A DNA stretch of 64,000 bases, from the NCBI GenBank assembly GCA_041675085.1, contig JBAYUN010000001.1, positions 9,829 through 73,828 of the forward strand. The letters are read 5' to 3'. How positions within the stretch are numbered: the first letter of the stretch is position 1; every line of letters starts with the position of its first letter. Of this stretch, positions 46,173 through 56,237 are shown one piece after another. Below the pieces are notes generated by a model, which was not told where the DNA came from, did not search any database, and was given only the letters and a program-made list of their open reading frames with translations. The stretch comes from Minisyncoccota bacterium (GTDB taxonomy: Bacteria > Patescibacteriota > Minisyncoccia > Phycocordibacterales > UBA9973). Position numbers and translations under genes: made by a program.

Positions 46173-47543
46173 ATGACCATGAAAAAATTCGTCATAGTTT
46201 TTATTTTTATACTTAGTTTTATATTTCCTAGTAGTAATGCAAATGCGGCTATTGATTGTCTCACTATTAACGCTAATTCTCCTGCAGCAGACAAAGCTGT
46301 GTGTCAAAAAGAGTTGGCTAATATCGAGGCTGAACTAGCTGAATTGTTGAAACAACAAGAAGCTCAAAAGAAAAATACAGGTACCCTCACAGGTGATGTA
46401 AAATTTTTGAATTCACAAATCACAGCTTTGAAGACTAAAGTCAAAGCCCGAGCTTTGGCTATCGCTCAACTCAAAGCTTCTATCTCTGAGAAAGTTTCTA
46501 CTATTGGTACTCTGTCTGAAAAGATAGAATCCCAACACCAATCCTTGAGTCAACTCTTGAAAAAGACTAGTGAATTTGATAATGGGAATCTTGTGCATTT
46601 GATTTTTTCTACAAAAAGTTTATCTGCTTTTTATGATGATTTAGAGTCTTATTCTTCTTTAAAAGAAGCTATTAAAGTCTCAGTAGATCAAATAAAAGGA
46701 GTTAAAACTCTTACTGAATCTGAGAAAAAAGAACTTGAGAAAAAACAAGACGCCGAGACAGATGCCAAAGTAGAACTCGAAACCGCTCAAAAGAAAACAA
46801 GCCAAGCTGAAGCAGAGAAAAAGAAATTATTATCTATTAGTCAAAACAAAGAAGCTGAATATAAGAAATTAGCTGCCGAGAAAAAAGCGAAAGCGGATCG
46901 TATCCGTGCAGCTCTGTTTACTCTAGCAGGTACAAGTCAAAAAATAGAATTCGGTACAGCTTTGAAATACGCTAATGAAGCTAAAACTTTACTTGGTATA
47001 GATCCAGCTTTCTTGTTGGCTATTTTTAGACAAGAGAGTAACTTGGGTTCTAATGTTGGTCAATGTTATATGACTGACCCAGCTACAGGAAGTGGTGTAG
47101 GAGCTAATACCGGTAGTGCTCAGATTAGAGTGATGAAGCCTGATAGAGATGTAGCTCCATTCTTAGCTATTACCGAGAGATTAGGACTCGACTACAAGAC
47201 TACACGTGTGTCTTGTTGGATTAAGGATATCCGTAACGGTTCTCCTTATGGTTGGGGAGGCGCTATGGGTCCGGCTCAGTTTATACCTTCTACTTGGAAA
47301 GGTTTTGAGACTAGACTAAGAAAGCTTCTCGGTTATGAGGCTAACCCTTGGGCAGCTCATGATGCTTTTATGGCTTCTGCTATGTATCTGACAGACCTTG
47401 GGGCAGTAGGTTCGAGTACAGCAGCTCAACATAAGGCAGCTTGTAGGTATTACGGTTCTGGAGGGGCTACTTGTGCTTATAGTAATAGTGTTATGAAGTT
47501 TAAAAACGCTTATCAGGCTGACATAGATTTGCTTTCAGAATAA
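46173..47543 (+). CDS. secreted coiled-coil protein with C-terminal lytic-transglycosylase-like (SLT_2/MltB-like) domain
   Basis: 456 aa; signal peptide; long coiled coil; 'LLAIFRQESNLGSNVGQCYM' and 'GGAMGPAQFIPSTW'. Confidence 0.55.
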   Translation: MTMKKFVIVFIFILSFIFPSSNANAAIDCLTINANSPAADKAVCQKELANIEAELAELLKQQEAQKKNTGTLTGDVKFLNSQITALKTKVKARALAIAQLKASISEKVSTIGTLSEKIESQHQSLSQLLKKTSEFDNGNLVHLIFSTKSLSAFYDDLESYSSLKEAIKVSVDQIKGVKTLTESEKKELEKKQDAETDAKVELETAQKKTSQAEAEKKKLLSISQNKEAEYKKLAAEKKAKADRIRAALFTLAGTSQKIEFGTALKYANEAKTLLGIDPAFLLAIFRQESNLGSNVGQCYMTDPATGSGVGANTGSAQIRVMKPDRDVAPFLAITERLGLDYKTTRVSCWIKDIRNGSPYGWGGAMGPAQFIPSTWKGFETRLRKLLGYEANPWAAHDAFMASAMYLTDLGAVGSSTAAQHKAACRYYGSGGATCAYSNSVMKFKNAYQADIDLLSE

Positions 47544-47566
47544 AGCTATGCTAATATAAAAAAACA

Positions 47567-47782
47567 ATGAAAAAAGATATACACCCAAAATATAATACTC
47601 AAATGCAAGCTATCTGTGCTTGTGGCGCTATTTTTATAGTAGGCTCTACTATGAATGAAATAAACAGTGAAATCTGTAGTCACTGTCATCCTTTCTATAC
47701 AGGAAATGAAAAAATCATGGACACTGCTGGACGTGTAGATAGATTCAACAAACGTAAAGCTGCTACTTTAAAAGCTAAATAA
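47567..47782 (+). CDS. rpmE: 50S ribosomal protein L31
   Basis: 71 aa; 'MKKDIHPKY...CxC...CSHCHPFYTG' Zn-ribbon form. Confidence 0.9.
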   Translation: MKKDIHPKYNTQMQAICACGAIFIVGSTMNEINSEICSHCHPFYTGNEKIMDTAGRVDRFNKRKAATLKAK

Positions 47783-47791
47783 ATAACAATA

Positions 47792-47882
47792 CGCTTGTAT
47801 TTTTAGGGTCGCATATTTTTTTGCTAAAAAATTGCTCATTCTCGGCTCGTCAGCCTGTGAAAGTCCCTAAAAACACAAGCGT
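47792..47882 (+). promoter_or_regulatory. large hairpin element (18-bp stem, ~55-nt loop) between rpmE and prfA
   Basis: ACGCTTGTATTTTTAGGG ... CCCTAAAAACACAAGCGT (one mismatch) followed by ATTTTTTT; the loop contains a GGCT-cgtc-AGCC hairpin. Confidence 0.5.
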
Positions 47883-47905
47883 ATTTTTTTAATTAATTCA
47901 ATTTT

Positions 47906-48874
47906 ATGAGTTACGATATAGAAGAACTAAAGAAGAACCATAATACTAATTATTTAGCTACTGTTTTAGAGCGTCTCAATAGGCAAGAAGCTGAAGTGCG
48001 ATTGATGCTAGAATCTGATGACTCCTTGCATGAATTAGCTGGAGAAGAATTAAAGAGTATCCAACTAGAGAGAGAAAGTGCCGAAAAGCAACTTGCAGAT
48101 ATTCTCGCTAAAGAGAAAGAAGAAGATGAATTTCCTAATGAAATTATTTTAGAAGTTAGAGCTGGAGCTGGAGGAGACGAAGCTTCTCTTTTTGCTTGGG
48201 AGCTAGCGCATATGTACGAGAGATTTGCTGAAATGCAAAATTGGCAATGGAAGACCAACTATGAATCCAAGAGTGAACTAGCTGGATACAAAGAAGCCAG
48301 TTTTGAAATCAAAGGTAAAGACGTTTACAAAATGATGCGTTATGAGACTGGAGTGCATAGAGTCCAACGTGTTCCAGCGACTGAAAAGAACGGACGCGTG
48401 CATACTTCGACTGCATCAGTAGCGGTTTTGCCAATTAAAAAGAAAGTTACTTTTGAGATTAACCCTGCGGAATTCGAGATGGAATATTCTCGCTCAGGAG
48501 GAAAAGGCGGACAAAACGTCAACAAGGTTGAAACTGCTGTGAGAATTATTCACGTACCGACAGGCCTTGATGTACGTTCTACGAATGAACGCAGTCAGCT
48601 CGCTAACCGCGAGAAAGCTATGATGATCCTAACTGCTAAACTCCAAGCTCTAAAAGAAGAAGAAGAAGCAAAGAAATACGCAGGTGAACGCAAGAACCAA
48701 ATAGGTACAGGAGACAGAAGTGAGAAGATACGTACTTATAATTTCTCTCAAGACCGGATCACTGATCACCGTATAAAAAAATCTTGGCATAATCTACCAA
48801 AAATGATGGAAGGAGAAATAGATGATATAATTAAGTCTCTAGAATCTGGCGAAGAAGGCACTGAAGAGGAATAA
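47906..48874 (+). CDS. prfA: peptide chain release factor 1
   Basis: 322 aa; 'RVPATEKNGRVHTS' PxT tripeptide and 'SGGKGGQNVNKVETAVRIIH'. Confidence 0.9.
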   Translation: MSYDIEELKKNHNTNYLATVLERLNRQEAEVRLMLESDDSLHELAGEELKSIQLERESAEKQLADILAKEKEEDEFPNEIILEVRAGAGGDEASLFAWELAHMYERFAEMQNWQWKTNYESKSELAGYKEASFEIKGKDVYKMMRYETGVHRVQRVPATEKNGRVHTSTASVAVLPIKKKVTFEINPAEFEMEYSRSGGKGGQNVNKVETAVRIIHVPTGLDVRSTNERSQLANREKAMMILTAKLQALKEEEEAKKYAGERKNQIGTGDRSEKIRTYNFSQDRITDHRIKKSWHNLPKMMEGEIDDIIKSLESGEEGTEEE

Positions 48875-48919
48875 GAATAAAATAGTTTTCTCGAGCTGTT
48901 TTTATTGTATCAAAATTAA

Positions 48920-50695
48920 TTGAGTGAATTACCTATGAATTATAAAAGAATTTTTTATTATTATTGGCGTATTGCTAAAAAATATAATTTAGCAATATTT
49001 TTCATTTTATTTTTAGGTATAGGTAGAATTGCCTTTTCTTTTATTGCAGGAGGTTATATTTATAAATTAATTATAGATACTTTAAATAATGATTTACTTG
49101 ATATAGAAATAAAGTACGACATAATCTTAATCTTATTAGTTGCTATAGCTTTTTCATTCTTAATTTCTTTATTTACATCTAGAATGCTTGATTATACAAA
49201 ATTTCGATTTACGACTCGAGTTGTTAAAGAATTATATGATTTTACTTTTATTAAGATTTTGAATCATTCATATGGTTTTTTTTCTAATAATTTTTCTGGT
49301 AGTTTAGTTACAAAAACAAAAAGATTTATACAATCTTTTGAAACATTTGCTAATGTTTTAATTGATGGTTTTTGGCCTATATTTCTTTCCATTTTATTTA
49401 CTTTTGGTGCTTTGTATTTACAATCAAAAGTTTTAGCTTTTTATCTTTTAATCTGGTCTGTTCTTTATTTTGGATTGGTCTTATTTTTTCTTAAAAAGAA
49501 AATTCAAATCGATTTAAAATGGGCAGAATCAGATTCTAAAATCACTGGATATTTATCAGATTCTATTACTAATATATTTAATATTAAAATATTTTCTGCG
49601 TTAACTAATCAAAAAAAAGAGTTTTCCGAATTTAGTACAGATTTAAAAAAAACAAGTTTTATGTCTCTTAAATTTTGGACTATAAGGGCTACAGTCCAAG
49701 CTTTTTTTATGGTTTGTTTTCATGTTTTTATTCTATATACAATGATTAATCTTTGGAAAGACGGAGAAATTACGATTGGAGTTTTTGTGATGGCTTATAT
49801 TTATTTAGTTGGATTATTTGATCGTATTTGGGACTTGGCAACTAATATAAACACCTTCGTAAAAGCCACCACTGACGCTAAAGAAATGGTAGATATTTTT
49901 GATAAACCGATAGATATAATGGATCCTGAAATCCCAGAAAAATTAAATATTAAAAACGGTGAGATAGAATTTAAAAATGTTTTCTTTGAATATAATAATG
50001 ACAATGAAGTCTTTACTAATTTTAATTTAAAGATAACACCTGGAGAAAAAATTGGGCTCGTTGGACATTCAGGATCTGGCAAGACAACCATTACTAAAAT
50101 GCTTTTGCGTTTCGTTGATATTAAATCGGGTGATATTTTAATAGACGGGCAGAATATCAAAAATATTACTCAAGATGATTTGCGTAGTGTTATTTCGTAT
50201 GTGCCTCAAGATCCAATTTTATTTCACAGGAGCATAGGGGAGAATATAGGTTATTCTAAGGAAAATGCGACACAAGAAGAAATTGTAGCGTCTTCAAAGA
50301 AAGCTCATGCAGATGAATTTATCGCTAAATTACCTAAAGGTTATGATACTCTTGTAGGCGAGAGGGGTATCAAGCTTTCAGGTGGAGAACGTCAACGGGT
50401 CGCTATCGCTCGAGCTATGCTTAAAAATTCACCTATACTAGTACTCGACGAAGCGACTTCATCACTCGACAGTATCAGTGAGGTTTATATTCAAGAGTCT
50501 TTAAACGAACTAATGAAAGGTAAGACCGCTATTGTTATTGCTCATAGACTTTCTACAATTGCCAAAATGGATAGGATTATAGTTTTAGATAAAGGTATGA
50601 TTTTAGAACAAGGTACTCATCAAGAGCTACTAGATAAAGGTGGCATGTATACTAAGCTTTGGGATCATCAAACAGGTTTTCTGAATGAAGAATAA
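48920..50695 (+). CDS. ABC transporter permease/ATP-binding protein (type I exporter)
   Basis: 591 aa; Walker A 'GHSGSGKTT', signature 'LSGGERQRVAIARAM', Walker B 'ILVLDEATS'. Confidence 0.9.
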   Translation: MSELPMNYKRIFYYYWRIAKKYNLAIFFILFLGIGRIAFSFIAGGYIYKLIIDTLNNDLLDIEIKYDIILILLVAIAFSFLISLFTSRMLDYTKFRFTTRVVKELYDFTFIKILNHSYGFFSNNFSGSLVTKTKRFIQSFETFANVLIDGFWPIFLSILFTFGALYLQSKVLAFYLLIWSVLYFGLVLFFLKKKIQIDLKWAESDSKITGYLSDSITNIFNIKIFSALTNQKKEFSEFSTDLKKTSFMSLKFWTIRATVQAFFMVCFHVFILYTMINLWKDGEITIGVFVMAYIYLVGLFDRIWDLATNINTFVKATTDAKEMVDIFDKPIDIMDPEIPEKLNIKNGEIEFKNVFFEYNNDNEVFTNFNLKITPGEKIGLVGHSGSGKTTITKMLLRFVDIKSGDILIDGQNIKNITQDDLRSVISYVPQDPILFHRSIGENIGYSKENATQEEIVASSKKAHADEFIAKLPKGYDTLVGERGIKLSGGERQRVAIARAMLKNSPILVLDEATSSLDSISEVYIQESLNELMKGKTAIVIAHRLSTIAKMDRIIVLDKGMILEQGTHQELLDKGGMYTKLWDHQTGFLNEE

Positions 50696-50698
50696 AAG

Positions 50699-50740
50699 AT
50701 TTGCGGAAGTTGGACTTCCGCAAATATGTACTTTTTATTC
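50699..50740 (+). terminator. rho-independent terminator
   Basis: ATTTGCGGAAGT-tgg-ACTTCCGCAAAT followed by a T-rich tract. Confidence 0.75.
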
Positions 50741-51032
50741 TTTTTATGTTTATATAAATATGAAAGTCTTATTTTTAATTTAAAATTTAAAAAAATGGGA
50801 ACCTTTGTTTTTTCTTATCTTGGAATTATTTTGTTAATTCATCTAATAGTATTATTACTAATTGCAAAATTTTCCGAAAATAAAAATATACTTTAAGATT
50901 ACTTTATGACTGAAGTAGTCTATCCCCGTAAGGCCCTGTATCGTGTATTCGAGCAGGGCTTTTTATTTACTTTCAAATTACTTTATGATTCAATGTATAT
51001 GAATATATTTTTGAACCTTAAAATTTAATATA

Positions 51033-51332
51033 ATGGATTATAATAAAGCATTATCATATTACAAAGCTCTAATTGAGGAAATTAATCAAGATAATAAAGA
51101 AGTAGATTTAACTTCTGAAAACTATCAGAAATACCTCGAGGATTATTATTCAGCTCTAGATTTCAGAGAACAATTAGAGCAATTGGAAAGGCACAAACAA
51201 GAATATTTAGATAATCTTCAAGAATATCAAGAAATTATTGTTTATATGAATTCTTATTTAGCTAAGCGTACTAGGTTTAAATATGAATCTTCAGGGTATT
51301 TGGAAAAAGTATATATCTACCCAGAATTTTAA
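51033..51332 (+). CDS. hypothetical protein
   Basis: 99 aa acidic helical ORF flanked by two related GCCCTG...CAGGGC-TTTTTATTT terminators (50933-50970 and 51359-51396). Confidence 0.45.
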   Translation: MDYNKALSYYKALIEEINQDNKEVDLTSENYQKYLEDYYSALDFREQLEQLERHKQEYLDNLQEYQEIIVYMNSYLAKRTRFKYESSGYLEKVYIYPEF

Positions 51333-51594
51333 GATATCATAATCAGTTTTTAAATTATGCCCTGCTGGTATTAATGCAAGCAGGGCTTTTTATTTGTTTG
51401 CTTTCTTTTTAAGCATGTGTCATACTTATAGGGTAGTTTATTCATAGCCTTTTTGTGTTAATTTGTGAGCTATGATTTTAGGGCAGAGATAAGCCTTAAA
51501 AGTGCAATGAGTTTCTACGTCTGACCTATCGGTAGGCAGGCATTATAATTAGTTTTTTGTCTCTTTTTACTAAAAAAGGGAAGAAGTTAATATT

Positions 51595-51942
51595 ATGGCT
51601 ACAAAGCTATACGTAGGGGGATTACCTTACTCAACAAGTGACGAAGCTCTTAAAGAGTATTTCTCACAAGCTGGTGCAGTAACATCAGCAGTTATCATTA
51701 TGGACAAGATGTCTGGTCGTTCTAAAGGTTTCGGTTTCGTTGAAATGACAACAGATGAAGAAGCACAAAATGCTGTTTCTATGTTTAATGACAAAGAATT
51801 CGAAGGCCGCAGACTAACTGTTAACGAAGCTCGTCCAATGGAAGCTCGTCCTCCAAGAACTGGTGGATCAGGTGGTGGATACGGTGGAGGAAATGGTGGT
51901 GGATACGGAGCAAATCGCTCAGGTGGACGCCGTGAATACTAA
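51595..51942 (+). CDS. RNA-binding protein (RRM domain, Gly-rich C-terminus)
   Basis: 115 aa; RNP2 'KLYVGGL', RNP1 'KGFGFVEM'; C-terminal GGSGGGYGGGNGGGYG tail. Confidence 0.9.
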   Translation: MATKLYVGGLPYSTSDEALKEYFSQAGAVTSAVIIMDKMSGRSKGFGFVEMTTDEEAQNAVSMFNDKEFEGRRLTVNEARPMEARPPRTGGSGGGYGGGNGGGYGANRSGGRREY

Positions 51943-51967
51943 TTCTTTTTAAATTAAATTTTGAACA

Positions 51968-51996
51968 AAAAAACTACTTGCAAAAGTAGTTTTTTT
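51968..51996 (+). terminator. rho-independent terminator
   Basis: AAAAACTACTT-gcaa-AAGTAGTTTTTT. Confidence 0.8.
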
Positions 51997-52083
51997 GTTT
52001 CTGTTTTTTATTTACATTTATTTAGGTTTGCTTAAAATTAAAATTTCTGTTATATTTTTTAAGTGGTTTTAATTGTTTTTAAA

Positions 52084-52155
52084 TGAGTTTGTAGTTGTTG
52101 GTAATGTTCCCAAATTCTTGAGTTTGTAGTTGTTGGTAATGTCCCCGTAGTTCAT
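52084..52155 (+). repeat. two tandem degenerate copies of the tRNA-Ile 5' half
   Basis: Units begin GAGTTTGTAGTTGTTGGTAATGT at 52084 and 52119 (35/37-nt period); the third unit at 52156 is the intact tRNA (GAGTGTGTAGTTCAGTGGTAGAAC). Confidence 0.7.
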
Positions 52156-52229
52156 GAGTGTGTAGTTCAGTGGTAGAACGCTGTCCTGATAAGACAGAGG
52201 TCGATGGTCCGATTCCATCCACACTCACC
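52156..52229 (+). tRNA. tRNA-Ile (anticodon GAT)
   Basis: Manual fold: acceptor GAGTGTG/CACACTC perfect; D-arm GTTC-AGTGGTA-GAAC; anticodon stem CTGTC/GACAG, loop CTGATAA; variable AGGTC; T-arm GATGG-TCCGATT-CCATC; discriminator A; 3' CCG encoded (CCA not encoded). Confidence 0.8.
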
Positions 52230-52313
52230 GCGTTGCTTTTAGCAACATTTCTAATATCTAGGTATAGATTTGCATTATTTCTTAGAAGGGAATATAATAT
52301 CGCTTGAATTGTT

Positions 52314-52655
52314 TTGGGGTATTTAAAGTTATATTTAAAAACACAAATGGAATTAGATAAATTAAAAAAACAAAAAGACGAATACATAAATAAGATATTT
52401 TATTTAGGTCTAAAAATTGCTTTAATTTTTGGTATTCCTGCGGTCGCAGGCGCTCTAATAGGGAAAAGGATAGATGCTAAATATGATTCAGGAAATAAGT
52501 TTACAATGATTATATTGGTTTGTACTTTTATTTTGTCTTGGATTATTACGATTGTTATGTATAACAATTTAGCCAAAAAAATAAAAAAAGTAGAACGTGA
52601 TATTAAGATAGAAAAAGAAAAAACAGAAGTAGTAGATACTGATAAACAAAATTAA
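52314..52655 (+). CDS. AtpZ/AtpI-like small membrane protein preceding atpB
   Basis: 113 aa; two TM helices ('IFGIPAVAGALIG', 'MIILVCTFILSWIITIV'); position upstream of atpB. Confidence 0.45.
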   Translation: MGYLKLYLKTQMELDKLKKQKDEYINKIFYLGLKIALIFGIPAVAGALIGKRIDAKYDSGNKFTMIILVCTFILSWIITIVMYNNLAKKIKKVERDIKIEKEKTEVVDTDKQN

Positions 52656-52670
52656 TTAAATTATAATTAT

Positions 52671-53471
52671 ATGAATTTTTTACAAATCGAAAGAGGAATA
52701 AGTGGAATTCAACCAGACGTAGTTTTTCGTATTATGGGTTTCCCTATATCAAATACAACCTTGTTGTTGAGTTTTATCGCTTTGGTTATATTCCTTTTTT
52801 CTTATTTTAAAATTAGAAAATTTGTTTGGAATCCTTCAAAAACTCAAGCTATATTTGAAATGATATACGAAGGTATATTTGGTTTAGTAAATCAAATCAC
52901 TGGTAGTCGTAAACTAACCGAAACTATATTGCCTTTGATTGGTACTCTTATGGTTTTCATTGGTCTTTCTAATCTTATTGGTCTTATCGTACCGGGACTA
53001 ACTAGTATTACTTATGATGGACTATCTATTTTTCGAACCCCAACTTCAGACTTTAATACTACTTTAGGTCTGGCTGTGGCTTGTATTGCGATTACTCATG
53101 TCGCAAGTATAAAAGATTGGGGTTTATTGGGTCACTTGGGTAAATTCTTCCAAGTCAAAGAAATTTACTTGGGTTTTAAGCAAAGTCCAGGTGCAGGTGC
53201 GATGGCTATCGTAGGCTTCTTGATAGGTCTCCTTGACGTTATAGGTGAATTTGCTAAGATTATAGCGTTATCTTTGAGATTATTCGGTAATATGTATGCC
53301 GGAGAAGTTTTGATGGTGATTATTTTCGGAGGATTGGCGTATGCATTGCCAGCCCTTTGGATGGTAATGAGTCTACTTTCTGCTGTGGTGCAAACTGTTG
53401 TATTTAGTTCGCTAATTACAGCATATTACGCACTGTCGGTAAAACCGTCAGGGGAAGTAGTAAGTGGTTAA
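52671..53471 (+). CDS. atpB: F0F1 ATP synthase subunit a
   Basis: 266 aa; 'LSLRLFGNMYAGEV' with the essential Arg. Confidence 0.9.
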   Translation: MNFLQIERGISGIQPDVVFRIMGFPISNTTLLLSFIALVIFLFSYFKIRKFVWNPSKTQAIFEMIYEGIFGLVNQITGSRKLTETILPLIGTLMVFIGLSNLIGLIVPGLTSITYDGLSIFRTPTSDFNTTLGLAVACIAITHVASIKDWGLLGHLGKFFQVKEIYLGFKQSPGAGAMAIVGFLIGLLDVIGEFAKIIALSLRLFGNMYAGEVLMVIIFGGLAYALPALWMVMSLLSAVVQTVVFSSLITAYYALSVKPSGEVVSG

Positions 53472-53526
53472 AAGTCGTTTTATTATTAATTTAATTTTCT
53501 TGTTTTAAAAACAAGGCAAAATATTT

Positions 53527-53745
53527 ATGGAATTAGAATCAGCACGTTTGTTCGCAAAGGCTATCGTTATGACTATAGCTATGGCAGGATCTGCAGTCGC
53601 AGAAGGTTATCTTATTGGTAAGGCTTTTGAAGCAATGGGACGCAATCCAGAAATTGCAGATTCATTGTTTACAAAAATGATCATCGGAGTTGCGATGGCT
53701 GAATCAACAGCTATTTATGCTTTCGTTGCATTCTTCCTTCTTTAA
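53527..53745 (+). CDS. atpE: F0F1 ATP synthase subunit c
   Basis: 72 aa; helical hairpin with 'GRNPE' loop and 'AMAES' carboxylate. Confidence 0.9.
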   Translation: MELESARLFAKAIVMTIAMAGSAVAEGYLIGKAFEAMGRNPEIADSLFTKMIIGVAMAESTAIYAFVAFFLL

Positions 53746-53782
53746 TTAAAAATTTATTAACTTATCTATAATCTAAAAACAA

Positions 53783-54292
53783 ATGGAAAATTTATTGGAA
53801 ATACTGGGAAAAGTTGGGTTTGACTGGCAAGTAGCATTAGCCAATCTTTTTAACTTTTTAATTATTTTCTTACTTTTAAAGAAATTTGCTTTTGGACCTA
53901 TAGGTAAGTTGATTAAAGAAAGGCAAGATAAAATAAATGAAGGTATTTCAAATGCGGAAGTTAGTACAAAGCTTTTAGAAAATACTAAAACAGAGTACGA
54001 AGCTGTATTATTAGATGCACGCACTAAAGCAAATGAAATCATTGAGCAAGCAAAAAAAGAAGCAGTAGTAAGAAAAGATCAATTGGTAGACCAAACCAAA
54101 ATTGAAATAGCCTCTATGCTTGAGAATAGTAAAAAAACTCTAGAAACAGAGAAAAATAAAATGCTATCTGAAACCAAAAAAGAGATAGTAGGTATGGTGT
54201 TACAAGTCACAGAAAAGGTTATTGGTATCAAAGTAGACCAAGCTTATTCTGACAAAATCACCAAAGAATTAAATAATTTATCAAATGGCTAA
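53783..54292 (+). CDS. atpF: F0F1 ATP synthase subunit b
   Basis: 169 aa; N-terminal TM then long charged helix. Confidence 0.8.
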   Translation: MENLLEILGKVGFDWQVALANLFNFLIIFLLLKKFAFGPIGKLIKERQDKINEGISNAEVSTKLLENTKTEYEAVLLDARTKANEIIEQAKKEAVVRKDQLVDQTKIEIASMLENSKKTLETEKNKMLSETKKEIVGMVLQVTEKVIGIKVDQAYSDKITKELNNLSNG

Positions 54293-54689
54293 TCTTTCTT
54301 ATAATGATATAGCGAGAGCTATATATATGGGTTTTAAAAACAAAGACAATCAAGAAATGTCTTTATTTGTAGATAATACCGTCAAATTTTTGACGCGCAA
54401 AAAATTATTGTCTAAAAGTAAAAATATTTTAGATAAATTAGAAGCTCTCATGAATAAAGATAAAGGTTTAATCAAAGCAAGAGTATCGACCGCAGAGAAA
54501 ATGACTGATATTTTTAAAAAAGATTTAAATTTATTTTTATTAAAAAAGTATAATGCAAAAGAGGTAGAGATGATAGAGATAGTAGATAGTCAACACATAG
54601 GCGGAGTTAAAATAGAAGTAGATGATGAAGTAATAGACATGACGATTGCTAATAAATTAAAAAAATTACAAACACATTTAACAAGATAG
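54285..54689 (+). CDS. atpH: F0F1 ATP synthase subunit delta (short OSCP form)
   Basis: 134 aa; position between b and alpha; C-terminal 'IGGVKIEVDDEVIDMTIANKL'. Confidence 0.7.
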   Translation: MANLSYNDIARAIYMGFKNKDNQEMSLFVDNTVKFLTRKKLLSKSKNILDKLEALMNKDKGLIKARVSTAEKMTDIFKKDLNLFLLKKYNAKEVEMIEIVDSQHIGGVKIEVDDEVIDMTIANKLKKLQTHLTR

Positions 54690-54692
54690 AAT

Positions 54693-56210
54693 ATGAATAA
54701 TAATACAAACAACACAATAGTAGATAACTTAAAAAAAGAAATAGAAAATTTTTCTTTGAAAGTTAAGGGAGAAAAGACAGGTCGCGTTACGGAAGTTTTC
54801 GACGGTATTGCCAAAGTATCTGGATTAAGAGATGTTAAGTCTTCTGAAATGGTTACTTTTTCTGGAGGTGAAGTAGGTGTTGTGTTAAACCTCGAAGAGG
54901 ATACTGTTGGTATTATTATTCTTGGAGATTTCTCTAAGATTAAAGAAGGTGATACTGTATCTCCAACCGAACGTATTCTAGAAGTTCCTGTGTCTGAAAT
55001 GCAAATCGGACGTGTTTTGAACGCACTTGGTAATCCTATCGACGGCAAAGGGGAAATCAAAACTGACAAGACTTACCCAGTTGAAAAAGTTGCTCCTGGA
55101 GTTGTGACTAGAGAGAGTGTGAACCAACCTGTATCTACTGGTATTAAAGCTATCGACGCTCTTATCCCGGTAGGACGTGGACAACGTGAGCTTATTATCG
55201 GTGATCGTCAAACAGGTAAAACTGCTATTGCTATAGATACTATCTTGAATCAAAAAGGTCAAGATATGATTTGTGTCTATGTATCTATCGGTCAAAAAGA
55301 TTCAAAACTACGCAAAATCCAAACTCGTCTCGAAGAAGGTGGAGCTATGGATTATACTATTATCGTCTCTGCAGGTAGTTCTGAACCAGCAGCTCTCTCA
55401 TACATCGCGCCTTATACTGGAGTAGCTATCGCTGAATCTTTCATGGATCAAGGTAAAGACGTTCTGATTATTTATGACGATTTATCAAAACACGCTGTAG
55501 CATATCGTGAAATCTCACTCTTGCTTCGTCGTCCACCAGGTCGTGAAGCTTACCCTGGAGACGTTTTCTATTTACACTCAAGACTTCTAGAACGTGCTTG
55601 CCGAAGAAATAAAGAATATGGAGGAGGAAGTATTACAGCTTTACCTATCATCGAAACTCAAGCTGGAGACTTGTCTGCATATATTCCCACAAACGTTATC
55701 TCTATCACAGACGGACAAATTTTCTTGGAGACAGATCTCTTCTACAAAGGAGTCCGTCCTGCAGTAAACGTAGGATTCTCTGTGTCTCGTGTGGGAGGAA
55801 GTGCTCAAATCAAAGCTATGAAAAAAGTGGCTGGAACTTTGAAACTCGACCTTGCTCAATACCGCGAACTTGAAGCTTTTGCTCAATTCGGTTCTGACCT
55901 AGACGAAGGTACTAAACAACAATTGGAACGTGGAAAGCGTGCTGTTGAAATGTTGAAACAACCTCAATACGCTCCAGTTCTAACTGAACATCAGATAGTG
56001 TCTCTGTATGCATTGGTTAAAGGATATATGGATAATGTTGAAGTTGCAAAAATCAAGATGTTTGAATCTGGGCTTATCGAATACACAGAAAATAATTCAA
56101 AACTTTTCTTGAAACAAGTTAGAGAAAAGAAAATGTGGGAAGATGATGGCGAAGAAGAATTAAAGGGATTGATTACAGACTTTAAGACGAATTTTTTAGC
56201 TACTAACTAA
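54693..56210 (+). CDS. atpA: F0F1 ATP synthase subunit alpha
   Basis: 505 aa; '[11 protein letters not shown]' P-loop. Confidence 0.95.
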   Translation: MNNNTNNTIVDNLKKEIENFSLKVKGEKTGRVTEVFDGIAKVSGLRDVKSSEMVTFSGGEVGVVLNLEEDTVGIIILGDFSKIKEGDTVSPTERILEVPVSEMQIGRVLNALGNPIDGKGEIKTDKTYPVEKVAPGVVTRESVNQPVSTGIKAIDALIPVGRGQRELIIGDRQTGKTAIAIDTILNQKGQDMICVYVSIGQKDSKLRKIQTRLEEGGAMDYTIIVSAGSSEPAALSYIAPYTGVAIAESFMDQGKDVLIIYDDLSKHAVAYREISLLLRRPPGREAYPGDVFYLHSRLLERACRRNKEYGGGSITALPIIETQAGDLSAYIPTNVISITDGQIFLETDLFYKGVRPAVNVGFSVSRVGGSAQIKAMKKVAGTLKLDLAQYRELEAFAQFGSDLDEGTKQQLERGKRAVEMLKQPQYAPVLTEHQIVSLYALVKGYMDNVEVAKIKMFESGLIEYTENNSKLFLKQVREKKMWEDDGEEELKGLITDFKTNFLATN

Positions 56211-56237
56211 CATCTAAAAACTATAACCTAATTTATT

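Noticed and set aside
52079-52387. ORF 52079..52387 (-), 102 aa.
   Set aside because: Covers the tRNA-Ile gene and its tandem 5'-half repeats on the opposite strand; not coding.
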